From Gemmatimonadaceae bacterium (GTDB lineage: Bacteria > Gemmatimonadota > Gemmatimonadetes > Gemmatimonadales > Gemmatimonadaceae): a stretch of 64,000 nucleotides of DNA. The number at the start of each line of letters is the position of its first letter. The stretch's first letter is position 1. The DNA lies in contig JBHYGA010000004.1 of the NCBI GenBank assembly GCA_051859245.1, positions 128,001-192,000 of the forward strand, read 5' to 3'. The notes below the pieces were generated by a model. The model was not told the origin of the DNA and searched no databases. It worked only from the letters and a program-made list of their open reading frames with translations. Below, piece by piece: positions 19,436 to 28,690 of this stretch. The translations under genes were made by a program, and so were the position numbers.

Positions 19436-20751
19436 CCCTGAGTGTGTTGGTCGTAGACGACGACGAGACAGTACGCGAGACGCTGGTGGAGTTTTTCGAA
19501 ACGTTTGGTTACACCGCCCGAGGCGCGGGCACGGCGTCGAGCGCGCGTGCGATGGCGGCGGAACACGCGCCAGACGTTGTCTTGCTCGACCTTCGATTGC
19601 CTGACGCGAGTGGATTGGTGCTGCTCGATGCGCTGCGCGCTGACGACCCGGACATTGGCGTTATCGTGCTCTCAGGCTTTGCCGATGTGCCCACAACGGT
19701 CGGCGCCATGCAGCGCGGTGCCGTGGATGTGCTCGAAAAGCCGGTGGATCTCGAAGCCCTCGCCGCATCGGTTGAGCGTGCGTCGGAGCGCGGTCGACTC
19801 AGGCAGGAGCTGGCCGTACTCCGTGCTCGCGATCGCGGGCGCGATGCCCCGTCTGATGGTTCGCTCCCGAACGCGAGTCTGCCCCGAACGTTTGAGCAGC
19901 TGGTCGAGCTGGCGGCGCGCAACCCTGACGCGCCCGTGCTGCTGCAGGGGGAAACCGGCACGGGAAAGGGGTACGTGGCCCGGCAGATCCATGATCGATC
20001 GACCCGGCGCGACGCGCCATTCGTGGAGATCAACTGCGCCTCGCTCACCAGCACCTTCTTTGAAAGCGAACTGTTTGGGCACGAGCGCGGTGCGTTCACC
20101 GACGCGCGAACGGCCAAGCGCGGCCTGCTCGAAGTAGCCGGCGACGGAACGGTCTTTCTTGACGAAGTGGCGGAGATGCCTCTGGAAGTGCAGCCCAAGC
20201 TGCTCAAGGTGATCGAAGACCACAGTTTTCGGCGCTTGGGCGGCACGACAACGCTTCGGTCGTCCGCCCGGCTTCTGGTGGCAACGAACGAACCGCTGCG
20301 GGAGGCCGTAGAAGCCCGTCGGTTTCGTCCAGACCTGTACTACCGCCTGCAAGTTCTCACGATTTTACTGCCACCATTACGTGATCGTCGTGACGAAATA
20401 GCGACACTCGCCGCGTCATTGCTGCCCAGGGGGGCTTCTCTGTCGCCATCAGCATTGCACACGCTGATGGAATATCCGTGGCCCGGCAACATCCGTGAAC
20501 TGCGCAATACGCTGTGGCGCGCCAGCATTCTGTCCGACGGCGCGCCAATTCGCGCCGAGCATCTGGGACTGAGCACGTCAGTGGCGCCGGCAGCGTCGGA
20601 GACCGCAGCCTTGAGCCTGGCGGAGGCGGAACGGCGCGCCATCCAGGCCGCGCTGGCCTCCGCCGAGGGCAATCGCACGAAGGCGGCGGCGCTGCTGGGA
20701 GTCGCTCGCTCCACACTGATTGAGAAGCTCAAGCGACATCCCGAGCTGTGA
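19432..20751 (+). CDS. Sigma54-dependent NtrC-family response regulator
   Basis: GTG overlaps the HK stop. REC domain (VLVVDDD, LLDLRLPD), GETGTGK, ELFGHERGAFTDA, FLDEV, YPWPGNIRELRN, Fis-type HTH. Confidence 0.95.
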   Translation: MTLSVLVVDDDETVRETLVEFFETFGYTARGAGTASSARAMAAEHAPDVVLLDLRLPDASGLVLLDALRADDPDIGVIVLSGFADVPTTVGAMQRGAVDVLEKPVDLEALAASVERASERGRLRQELAVLRARDRGRDAPSDGSLPNASLPRTFEQLVELAARNPDAPVLLQGETGTGKGYVARQIHDRSTRRDAPFVEINCASLTSTFFESELFGHERGAFTDARTAKRGLLEVAGDGTVFLDEVAEMPLEVQPKLLKVIEDHSFRRLGGTTTLRSSARLLVATNEPLREAVEARRFRPDLYYRLQVLTILLPPLRDRRDEIATLAASLLPRGASLSPSALHTLMEYPWPGNIRELRNTLWRASILSDGAPIRAEHLGLSTSVAPAASETAALSLAEAERRAIQAALASAEGNRTKAAALLGVARSTLIEKLKRHPEL

Positions 20752-20766
20752 CCTGGCCAGCGCGTG

Positions 20767-20844
20767 TGTCCGCGCACCGACCCGTCGTCACCCAACCACA
20801 CGCCTCACAGAACCGACCGGAATCAGATGACCGATTTCCGGTCG
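20767..20844. promoter_or_regulatory. Candidate enhancer (bEBP upstream activator) sites
   Basis: TGTCCG-N4-CCGACC (20767-82), TGACCG-N4-CCGGTC (20828-43), inverted repeat CGACCGGAA/TTCCGGTCG (20814-44). About 110-200 bp upstream of a -24/-12 site. Confidence 0.4.
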
Positions 20845-20952
20845 TTTGTGGATTTCTCCGTACGAAAACCGGCCGCAAAAAAAATCACTAATGTGATGTT
20901 GTCTTCGCGTAAGTAGATCAAAGACAACTGTTTACCTGCTGCAGCGCATTTG

Positions 20953-20967
20953 TGGCGCGAATCTCGC
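20953..20967 (+). promoter_or_regulatory. Candidate sigma54 -24/-12 promoter
   Basis: TGGCGCG-AATC-TCGC (GG-N10-GC), downstream of a sigma54 activator gene and an AT-rich tract. Confidence 0.6.
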
Positions 20968-20980
20968 GCTATCAGTCACC

Positions 20981-21430
20981 ATGAGCAAAGCCGACTGGAA
21001 GCGAGTGCTGGTGGTAGAGGACGAGCAATCGATCCGGGACATCTTGGTGGAGCTGTTTGACGTGGAGGGGAACGCGCTTGTCGCTGCCCAGTCACTGCCA
21101 GACGCCCTCGAGGCGCTACGCACGCAAACGTTCGATTTCATCGTGACGGACTTGCGGCTCGGCGGAAAGCGGGATGGTGGGCTCCAGGTGATGGCGATGG
21201 CTGGAATGGTGAGCCACGAAGCTACGGTTCTGGTGCTTACGGCGTACCCAGATGACGCCAACCGTCAGGCGGCTCATCGGTTGGGCGCGCTGCATTTTCT
21301 GGAGAAGCCAGCGGATCTGCATGTCATCGCCACCTTGGCGAATGAGTGCGGTGTGAGTACGGCGTTTGGAGCGAGCGAGCGCGAGGTGATTCGGCGCGAG
21401 ACGGTGCCGGGATTGAGCGCCGTCAGCTGA
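20981..21430 (+). CDS. Single-domain response regulator
   Basis: VLVVEDE, IVTDLRL, VLTAY, FLEKP receiver motifs. No output domain. Confidence 0.9.
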   Translation: MSKADWKRVLVVEDEQSIRDILVELFDVEGNALVAAQSLPDALEALRTQTFDFIVTDLRLGGKRDGGLQVMAMAGMVSHEATVLVLTAYPDDANRQAAHRLGALHFLEKPADLHVIATLANECGVSTAFGASEREVIRRETVPGLSAVS

Positions 21431-21476
21431 GCTCGGCGCGCTGTTGATGCGACTGATGTGCCAACGAAGGTTCACG

Positions 21477-21562
21477 GCACCGGAAGTGGTTGTCAGGTCT
21501 GTTCCGCGGGGTGGTGGTGATACTGGGGAGTGTCACGTGGGCGGCCTGGCAACTTCTGGTGT
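21477..21562 (+). other. Long G-U-rich intergenic hairpin (possible sRNA or 3' structure)
   Basis: GCACCGGAAG/CTTCTGGTGT, GTTGTCAGGTC/GGCCTGGCAAC, GTGATACT-GGGG-AGTGTCAC. Confidence 0.4.
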
Positions 21563-21596
21563 GCGAAGAACTCGACGGTTTCAGTCGCCGAACGGC

Positions 21597-22334
21597 TTAC
21601 GCGTTGCGGCGCAAATATTGGATCCGACCGAATGTGTGGTCGTAGAGCGCGCTCAGCGAGCCGAGGCCCTCCAGTACCAACCGGAACTGGCGCACGCCTG
21701 GTTGTGCCAGATCAGCGTCGAGCAGTGCCAGTTCCTGCTTCAATCGCTGCTCAAGGCGCCGACTGAGCGCCGCGGCCGTCTCGTTGGGCTGCGCGTAAAT
21801 CGCCTCCCCAACCCGAACGAAGCATTCGGCGCGCTGGTCCAGTCGGAACTCGTACCGAACGGCCACGGGAACGAGCGGCACTTCGGGAATCGAACGCGCG
21901 AATCGCGCCATCAGCGATCGGAATACCAGCGGCGTGCGCGCCGGCAGCAGTTCACCCTGCGGCAGCACCCAGAGTGTGCGCGACGGGCCGCCGGTAAGCA
22001 GCGCGTTGGCGTAGGGCGGAAGGGCGCGCAGGTCGTCCAGCCGATCCGTGGTAATGCCGAAGCAACCCAGTCGGCGAAAGAACGGGTACCGCTGCAACTC
22101 TTCGCCGCGGAACAACCCGTACGCGTCGCGCCCCAAAACGGAGCGCGACAAAAACAGCGTCAGGATGGGGTCCCACCAGGCGCTGTGATTCAGGAACGCA
22201 ATACTCGGCGCCGGGCCGTCCGGAAATGGGACGCCCCCAAGCCACACACGAGCAAAGGCTCGGCGCAGCAGGAATCGGAAGTAGCGCGCCGCCGCACGCT
22301 CCGCCATGGGGAGCTTTCGCGCCTCGAGCAGCAT
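21597..22334 (-). CDS. Lysophospholipid acyltransferase family protein
   Basis: NHSAWWD (HX4D), FFRRLGCFGI, WVLPQG, LVPVAVRYEF. Start set at the ATG at 22334. Confidence 0.85.
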   Translation of the reverse strand: MLLEARKLPMAERAAARYFRFLLRRAFARVWLGGVPFPDGPAPSIAFLNHSAWWDPILTLFLSRSVLGRDAYGLFRGEELQRYPFFRRLGCFGITTDRLDDLRALPPYANALLTGGPSRTLWVLPQGELLPARTPLVFRSLMARFARSIPEVPLVPVAVRYEFRLDQRAECFVRVGEAIYAQPNETAAALSRRLEQRLKQELALLDADLAQPGVRQFRLVLEGLGSLSALYDHTFGRIQYLRRNA

Positions 22335-22524
22335 GTCTCGACGATGCGTCAGACGGGCCGGGAACGCAATGCACAAACCGTTCTCGGTGCACGCCTCTTG
22401 CACTGGTCGGGTTCTGCCGCGACAGTGGCAGGATCTTTTCCATGGGGCTTTGCATTGAGCGTGTGGAGGTCTCCGGCGTCCCCCGATCTGCCATCTCACT
22501 CACATCTTCACTCTTTCTCGATCC

Positions 22525-23070
22525 ATGGCTGACTCTCCGGTCTCGCTACTCCGTGCCCACTCGCGTCACGCTCCGTGGAACGCGCGCGGACTCGCCTCAC
22601 ACGCCTCAGCGCTCGTTGACGCCGCCGGAATGCGACCGACGAATGCGTCGGCACGCGCCATGCCGAGTGCACGCGCCGTGCGCTTTTACGTGGCGAACGG
22701 TTTGCTTGATCGACCGGAAGGCGCGGGCACGGCCGCGACCTACGGCTATCGGCATCTGTTGCAGTTACTTTCCATCAAGATTCGTCAGCGCGAAGGACAA
22801 ACGCTCGACGCCATCAAGCAGGAGATGCGCGAGGTCACGGGCGACGCACTGGAGCGTCGTGTCGCCACGTCGCTCACTCCCGCGCTCATGCTGAACGGTA
22901 ACGGCACCACCACCACGAGCGATGCGCCGGCCACGTGGCGACGCTTGCCGATCAGCGATGGTGTTGAGATTCATGTGCGTGATGATTCTCCGGCGGCGCG
23001 CGAAAGTGTGCTGCTCGCAATGCGTGAAGCGGTGCGTGGCGCTGTGGGCCGCGCACAAATCCCCGACTAA
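22525..23070 (+). CDS. MerR-like HTH transcriptional regulator
   Basis: PSARAVRFYVANGLLDRPEG..ATYGYRHLLQLLSIKIRQREGQTLDAIK. Confidence 0.8.
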   Translation: MADSPVSLLRAHSRHAPWNARGLASHASALVDAAGMRPTNASARAMPSARAVRFYVANGLLDRPEGAGTAATYGYRHLLQLLSIKIRQREGQTLDAIKQEMREVTGDALERRVATSLTPALMLNGNGTTTTSDAPATWRRLPISDGVEIHVRDDSPAARESVLLAMREAVRGAVGRAQIPD

Positions 23071-23085
23071 ATCACCCCTACCTCG

Positions 23086-24687
23086 ATGCTCCGCGTCCTG
23101 GTCACTGATGACATCGACGCGGAAGGCGTCGCGCTGTTAGCTGCTGAACCGCTGTTGCAGGTTGATGAAGTGGCGACACTCCCGGTTGCGGAACTCCACG
23201 CGCGCATCGGCGACTACGATGCGATCGTGGGTCGCAGCGCCACGCGCATCACGCGTGAGCTGCTTGAGCGCGCACCTAAACTGCGAGTGGTTGGACGGGC
23301 CGGCGTTGGCGTGGACAACATCGCGATTGATGTTGCCACCGCACTCGGCATTGCGGTCATCAATGCACCAGCTGGCAACACCGTGGCCGTCGCTGAACTG
23401 GTGTTTGGTGCGCTCATTGGATTGCTGCGCCAGATCCCGCGCGCCGCTACCGGCATGGCCGATGGCAAGTGGGAACGCGCCGACTTGCTCGGCCGCGAGC
23501 TCAAAGGCAAAACACTCGGCATTGTAGGACTCGGTCGCATTGGCAGCGAAGTCGCGCTGCGTGCGCACGCTTTTGGCATGCCTGTCATTGCCTACGATCC
23601 GTATATCGGCGACGAACGCTTCACCACCCTGCGCGTGCAACGCGCGGCCACGCTCGACGAGTTGATCGGCGAAGCAAATATTGTCACGGTACACACGCCG
23701 CTCACCGAAGAAACCCGCGGCATGATCGGCAAAAAGCAGCTCGATCATTTGCAACCGCGGTCGGTAGTGGTAAACATGGCGCGCGGGGGAATTATTGACG
23801 AAGACGCGCTCGTGGCGGCGCTCCACGCGAATCAGTTGCGTGGCGCCATCATCGATGTGTTCACGAGCGAGCCGCTGGCCAAGGATCATCCACTCCGCAC
23901 CGCGCCGAACACGCTGCTCACGCCGCACCTCGGTGCGAACTCCATCGAAGCGCAGCGCAACGTTGCGAAAGACGTCTGCCTCGGAGTGCGTGACGCATTG
24001 CTGCGCCAGGATCTTTCGCGCTCGATCAACGTTGCCGCGTCCGCTGGCGACTGGACCGATCTCGCGCCGGCCATGTTGCTGGTGCGTCGCTGCGCGGCCG
24101 TTGCACGCGCGCTGCTGGCCGATCAGGGCACGCGCGCCATCACGCAGCTCACGGTACGCTGTGGTCCCGCGCTCGCGGGTGGCAGCAGTGCGTTGTTGTC
24201 GTCGGCCGCCGTTGGTGCGCTCGAAGGCGTGCTCGAAACCGATCGTCTGAATCTGATCAACGCGCGCACACTGGCCGATGCGCGCGGCATTTCACTGTCA
24301 GTGGGCGTATCGGCGGAGCTCGGACATCCGCGCGCGGTGGAAGTATCGCTTGGCGGTGGCATGCAACAACTCACCGTGGCCGGCATTGCCACGCCCGATT
24401 CGCTGCGCCTGACACGCATTGGTGCGTTCCATGTAGACGTGAACCCGAGGCAAACGTTGATCGTGCTCACGAACCACGACGTGCCGGGTGTCATCGGTCG
24501 CGTGGGTACCGTGCTCGGCGAAGCGAAGGTCAACATTGCCGAGTACCACCAGGCGCGACTCGCACAGGGTGGTGATGCACTCGCGGCGATTACGGTAGAC
24601 GGAACGGTAGATGACTCCACGAAGCAGGCGTTGCTGGCGCTGCCCGATGTGCGTTCGGCCTCGATCGTGCAGTTGCGGGACAAGTGA
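23086..24687 (+). CDS. serA: D-3-phosphoglycerate dehydrogenase (ASB + ACT domains)
   Basis: VGRAGVGVDNI, GKTLGIVGLGRIG, TPHLGA, C-terminal NHDVPGVIGRVGTVLGEAKVNIA (ACT). Confidence 0.95.
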   Translation: MLRVLVTDDIDAEGVALLAAEPLLQVDEVATLPVAELHARIGDYDAIVGRSATRITRELLERAPKLRVVGRAGVGVDNIAIDVATALGIAVINAPAGNTVAVAELVFGALIGLLRQIPRAATGMADGKWERADLLGRELKGKTLGIVGLGRIGSEVALRAHAFGMPVIAYDPYIGDERFTTLRVQRAATLDELIGEANIVTVHTPLTEETRGMIGKKQLDHLQPRSVVVNMARGGIIDEDALVAALHANQLRGAIIDVFTSEPLAKDHPLRTAPNTLLTPHLGANSIEAQRNVAKDVCLGVRDALLRQDLSRSINVAASAGDWTDLAPAMLLVRRCAAVARALLADQGTRAITQLTVRCGPALAGGSSALLSSAAVGALEGVLETDRLNLINARTLADARGISLSVGVSAELGHPRAVEVSLGGGMQQLTVAGIATPDSLRLTRIGAFHVDVNPRQTLIVLTNHDVPGVIGRVGTVLGEAKVNIAEYHQARLAQGGDALAAITVDGTVDDSTKQALLALPDVRSASIVQLRDK

Positions 24688-24715
24688 AGAACTTCACGCG
24701 GCTTTTGCGCGAGTC

Positions 24716-26152
24716 GTGAGCGGAGTATCCTTCGCGCACGATGCGCTGACGACCGACATTGATGTGCGTCGAGCCTACGCTCGCGACGTCTCTGGGTTGG
24801 AGCTTGTGGCTGATGCCATCGCACGTCCGCGCTCAGTGGCTGAGGTTGCCGATGTGCTCGCAGCCGCGCATGCCTCGCGCACGTGTGTTACGCCCGCCGG
24901 ACTCCAGTCGAGCACCACCGGTGCGTCGATCACCGATCATGGCGTACTGCTTTCGCTCAGCGCGCTCAACCGTGTGTTGGATGTTGACCCGGTGTCTCGC
25001 ATGATTCGCGTAGAAGCGGGTGCGCGCGTGGCCGATGTACGTCGAGCCGCCGAGCATGCGGGACTGTTGTTTACGCCCGATCCCACGAGTGAAGAAGAGA
25101 GCACGATCGGCGGCGCGATTGCGTGCAACGCCAGCGGGGCGCGCTCGTTTCGTTATGGCGCCACACGCGCGCATGTTCGTGCACTCACCGTGTTGCTCGC
25201 GAATGGGGAACGAATGGACGTGCGCAGACCTGCGCTCGAAAAAAACACCGTGGGTTTTCCCATGGCGCACGATCCGGTGGACTGGTTTGTTGGCAGCGAA
25301 GGAACGCTCGGCGTGGTGGTCGAAGCCGAACTGGGTTTGCTGCCGTTGCCGGAGCGTGTGGTGGGACTCGCGATACCCTTTGCCAGCGAGCACGATGCGT
25401 TGGCGTTTGTTGTCAGCGCACGCGAAGCAGCGTACGGCGGCGGCCATGCGAGTGACGTACCCGTGCACTCGGCCGCTGTGGCGCCTCGCTGTCTGGAATA
25501 CTTTGACGGCCGTGCGGTAGAACTCGTGCGGGCGCACGATACACAGGTACCCTGGAGCCACCACGTTGGCGCGATTGTGTACACGGAAGACGCCGGCGAC
25601 CACGCGCACGATACCGACGCCGCACTTGATGGCTGGTTGGCGCTCGGCGAGGCGCACAACGCGCTGACCGGTGATATTCGCGTGTATGACGGCGAGGCGG
25701 CGCTGGCCGATGCGCGCCGGCTTCGGCATGCCGTACCGAGCACCATGAACGAACGCGGCGCGCGCTATCGTGCGGATGGCGGACGCAAGGTGTCGACAGA
25801 CTGGGCGGTGCCGTATCGTGCGCTCGCCGGTGCCCTGGACATGGCGCATGCGCTGGCAGATGCCGCGGGCATTGAGCGGTCGGTCACTTATGGACACGCT
25901 GGCAACGGGCACCCGCACCAGAACTTCATTGCGCGAAATGCCGAGGAGCTCGCGCAACTTGAGCGTGTGCTGTACGACACACTCACGCGCGTGGTGCAGA
26001 TGGGCGGCACGGTCGCGGCGGAGCACGGCATTGGCAAGCTCAAGCGCAAGTGGCTGCCACTGCAGATGTCGCGCGTGCAACAGGATGTGATGCGATCGCT
26101 CAAGCACGCACTCGATCCGCATGGATTGTTGGCGCCGGGGAATGTGTTGTGA
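24716..26152 (+). CDS. FAD-binding 2-hydroxyacid dehydrogenase (GlcD / D-2-hydroxyglutarate dehydrogenase-like)
   Basis: PDPTSEEESTIGGAIACNASG..RYG, GSEGTLGVV, GHAGNGHPH, AEHGIGKLK, LDPHGLLAPG. Start uncertain (24647 or 24716). Confidence 0.85.
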   Translation: MSGVSFAHDALTTDIDVRRAYARDVSGLELVADAIARPRSVAEVADVLAAAHASRTCVTPAGLQSSTTGASITDHGVLLSLSALNRVLDVDPVSRMIRVEAGARVADVRRAAEHAGLLFTPDPTSEEESTIGGAIACNASGARSFRYGATRAHVRALTVLLANGERMDVRRPALEKNTVGFPMAHDPVDWFVGSEGTLGVVVEAELGLLPLPERVVGLAIPFASEHDALAFVVSAREAAYGGGHASDVPVHSAAVAPRCLEYFDGRAVELVRAHDTQVPWSHHVGAIVYTEDAGDHAHDTDAALDGWLALGEAHNALTGDIRVYDGEAALADARRLRHAVPSTMNERGARYRADGGRKVSTDWAVPYRALAGALDMAHALADAAGIERSVTYGHAGNGHPHQNFIARNAEELAQLERVLYDTLTRVVQMGGTVAAEHGIGKLKRKWLPLQMSRVQQDVMRSLKHALDPHGLLAPGNVL

Positions 26153-26177
26153 GGAACAGTGCGCCGTGGGCGAACAC

Positions 26178-26858
26178 ATGAGTGGCAACACGACGGCTCG
26201 GCCGGCCTTTGCGAGTGTCGTGTTTGACGCGGATTCGACGCTGGCGGCCATCGAGGGCATTGACTGGCTTGGTGCGCGCCGTGACGCTGCGGTTTCCGCG
26301 CAGATCGTTGAACTCACCAATCGGGCCATGGACGGCCACGTACCACTCGATCAGGTGTATGCCAATCGCGTGGCGCTCATTCAACCAACGCGTGATGAGC
26401 TTCGGCTGTTGGGTGAAGCGTACATTGCACATGTTGTTCCCGGTATGGCGTCACTCGTTAGAGAGCTGCACGCGTTGGGTGTGCGCACCGCAATCGTGAG
26501 CGGTGGCATTCGTGACGCGTTGCTTCCGCTCGCCGCGCATCTCGGTGTCGCGCACGACAGCGTGCACGCGGTCGATCTCACGTCGTCTGCGAACAATGAT
26601 CTGCTGGATGCGTTGCTCGGCGAGCAACCGTTGGCTACGCAGCGGGGCAAGGTGCAGGTTGTAGAGCAGCTGTTGCGAAACGGCACGATCGTCCCGCCGG
26701 TCGCGATGATCGGTGACGGTGCCACCGATGCGGCGGTTCGTGAAGTTGTGGCAACGTTTATTGCATTTACCGGCGTGGTTCGGCGCGCGAGTGTTGTAGG
26801 CGTGGCCGATCATGAGGCCGTTGATATCAACGCACTACGATCGCTACTGCTCACATGA
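26178..26858 (+). CDS. serB: HAD-family phosphoserine phosphatase
   Basis: VFDADSTL..IEGIDWL, TNRAMDG, IVSGG, MIGDGATD. Lies in the serA operon. Confidence 0.85.
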   Translation: MSGNTTARPAFASVVFDADSTLAAIEGIDWLGARRDAAVSAQIVELTNRAMDGHVPLDQVYANRVALIQPTRDELRLLGEAYIAHVVPGMASLVRELHALGVRTAIVSGGIRDALLPLAAHLGVAHDSVHAVDLTSSANNDLLDALLGEQPLATQRGKVQVVEQLLRNGTIVPPVAMIGDGATDAAVREVVATFIAFTGVVRRASVVGVADHEAVDINALRSLLLT

Positions 26859-27955
26859 CCTTCGGACACTTTTTTCTACCTGGCCCAACGGATGTGCGCG
26901 CGGCAGTGCTCGCCGCGCAATCGGGACCAATGCTGCCGCATCGCGGCGCCGAGTTTGAAGCGCTGTTCGCAAACATTCAGCGTGGGCTCAAGTTGGTGTT
27001 GCGAACCGCGCGTCCGGTTTACGTATCAACGTCATCGGCGACGGGATTAATGGAAGCGGCCGTGCGTTGCGCGAAGCCGGGCCCGATTCTCTCGCTGGTG
27101 AATGGTGCATTCGCCGAGCGCTTTGCAGATGTCGCGCGCTCGTGCGGTCGTGACGTGACCGTACTTGAAGCGAAGTGGGGCGATATCGTGCCACTCGAAC
27201 AGGTCGAGGCGGCGCTGCGCGGTGGTTCGTTTGCCGCGGTTACGGTGGTGCACAGTGAAACGAGTACTGGTGCGCTCACGCCGCTGCCAGAGTTGGCGGC
27301 GCTGTGCAGCCGCTACGGTGCGCTGTCACTGGTGGACTCTGTCACGGGCGTCGCCGGCGCACCGATTGAGACCGACGACTGGGCGCTTGATTTCATTTTT
27401 ACCGGCTCGCAGAAAGCACTGGCGTTACCGCCTGGTCTCGCGTTCGGCGTGGCGAGCGAGTGTTATCTCGCCACCGCGCACGAATCACCAAACCGCGGTC
27501 GCTACTTCGATGTGTTGGAGTTTGAGCAGTACGTGCACAAAAATCAGACGCCCAATACGCCCGCGACGTCGCTACTCTACGCAACCGCAACGCAGCTGGA
27601 GGCGATTGCGCACGAAACGATGGTGGCGCGCTGGCAGCGTCATGCTGACATGGCGGCGTACACCAACGCGTGGCTGGAGGAAACGCGCGACGCGCTCGGT
27701 GTCGCGCTGTGCACGCAGGCCCGCGAAGGAGAACGGTCACCAACGGTCACGTGTGTCGCGTTGCCGCCTGCCATTCGTGGCGAGGATGTCGTGCGCGAAA
27801 CCGCTGCGCGCGGTTTCGTGATTGGCGGTGGCTACGGCAAGCTGAAAGCCTCGGCCTTTCGCATCGGTCATATGGGCGATCACACCGTGTCTGGCCTGAC
27901 CGATTGTCTGCATGCGGTGCGCGACGCATTGTCTCTACTGAGTACACGGAGCTGA
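26855..27955 (+). CDS. Class V PLP aminotransferase (serine-pyruvate/alanine-glyoxylate type; probable SerC substitute)
   Basis: FLPGPT, HSETSTG, VDSVT, TGSQKALALPPG, FRIGHMG. Confidence 0.88.
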   Translation: MTFGHFFLPGPTDVRAAVLAAQSGPMLPHRGAEFEALFANIQRGLKLVLRTARPVYVSTSSATGLMEAAVRCAKPGPILSLVNGAFAERFADVARSCGRDVTVLEAKWGDIVPLEQVEAALRGGSFAAVTVVHSETSTGALTPLPELAALCSRYGALSLVDSVTGVAGAPIETDDWALDFIFTGSQKALALPPGLAFGVASECYLATAHESPNRGRYFDVLEFEQYVHKNQTPNTPATSLLYATATQLEAIAHETMVARWQRHADMAAYTNAWLEETRDALGVALCTQAREGERSPTVTCVALPPAIRGEDVVRETAARGFVIGGGYGKLKASAFRIGHMGDHTVSGLTDCLHAVRDALSLLSTRS

Positions 27956-27956
27956 G

Positions 27957-28679
27957 ATGTCTGAGTATCAGGGCAAACTTGTCGTACTCACCGGCGTTGG
28001 TCGCAAAGGTCAGGCCGGTGAAATGATCGCGCGCATGTTCGCGGAACGTGGCGCGGCACTCGCGCTGCTTGATGTCGCGCCTGACGAAGTCAACGCGCGC
28101 GCCGACGATCTGCGCGCCGCTGGTTTTGTGGCCACGGCACACGCCGGTGATCTCAGCAACGCGGATGAAGCCGTGCGCATCGCACAGGCGGTGCTCACCG
28201 CGCACCCGTCCGCGAATGGCGCGGTGCACGCACTCATCAACGCCGCCGGCGGATTTGGGATGACCGGCCCGCTCGACACGAGTGATCCCGCCGGCTGGCG
28301 CAAAATGTTCACCATCAGCGCCGACACCGCGTACTGCGCCACACGCGCCTTTCTGCCGGCGCTCAGAAGCGGCAAGGGTTCAACCGTCTACTTCGCCTCA
28401 ACCGCGTCATTGCCGGGTGGCAAAGCGGGCGGAATGGCCGCCTACGCCGCTGCCAAGAGCGCCGTGGTCACGCTCATGCGCAGCGTGGCGCAAGACGAAC
28501 GCGCACACGGCGTGCGCGCAAACGCAATCGCACCGGTCGCGATTCGTACCGCAGCCAACGTGGCGTCCATGGGCGAGAAGGACAATTACGTGGATCGCGA
28601 GTCCGTGGCCGATGTGCTGCTTTTTCTGTGCAGCAACGCTGCGCGCAACGTGAGTGGGCAGGTGATAGAGTTAGCCTAG
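27957..28679 (+). CDS. Short-chain dehydrogenase/reductase
   Basis: VLTGVGRKGQAG, NAAGG, YAAAK, RANAIAP. Confidence 0.88.
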   Translation: MSEYQGKLVVLTGVGRKGQAGEMIARMFAERGAALALLDVAPDEVNARADDLRAAGFVATAHAGDLSNADEAVRIAQAVLTAHPSANGAVHALINAAGGFGMTGPLDTSDPAGWRKMFTISADTAYCATRAFLPALRSGKGSTVYFASTASLPGGKAGGMAAYAAAKSAVVTLMRSVAQDERAHGVRANAIAPVAIRTAANVASMGEKDNYVDRESVADVLLFLCSNAARNVSGQVIELA

Positions 28680-28690
28680 CGCGTCAGGGA

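Noticed and set aside
21444..22532. 362-aa plus-strand ORF
   Set aside because: Antisense to the acyltransferase gene, with no motif or RBS support.
24833..26329. Long antisense ORFs (this one, 43088-44377, 48421-49629, 55826-57301 and others)
   Set aside because: Shadow ORFs expected in high-GC DNA opposite well-supported genes, with no recognisable motifs.
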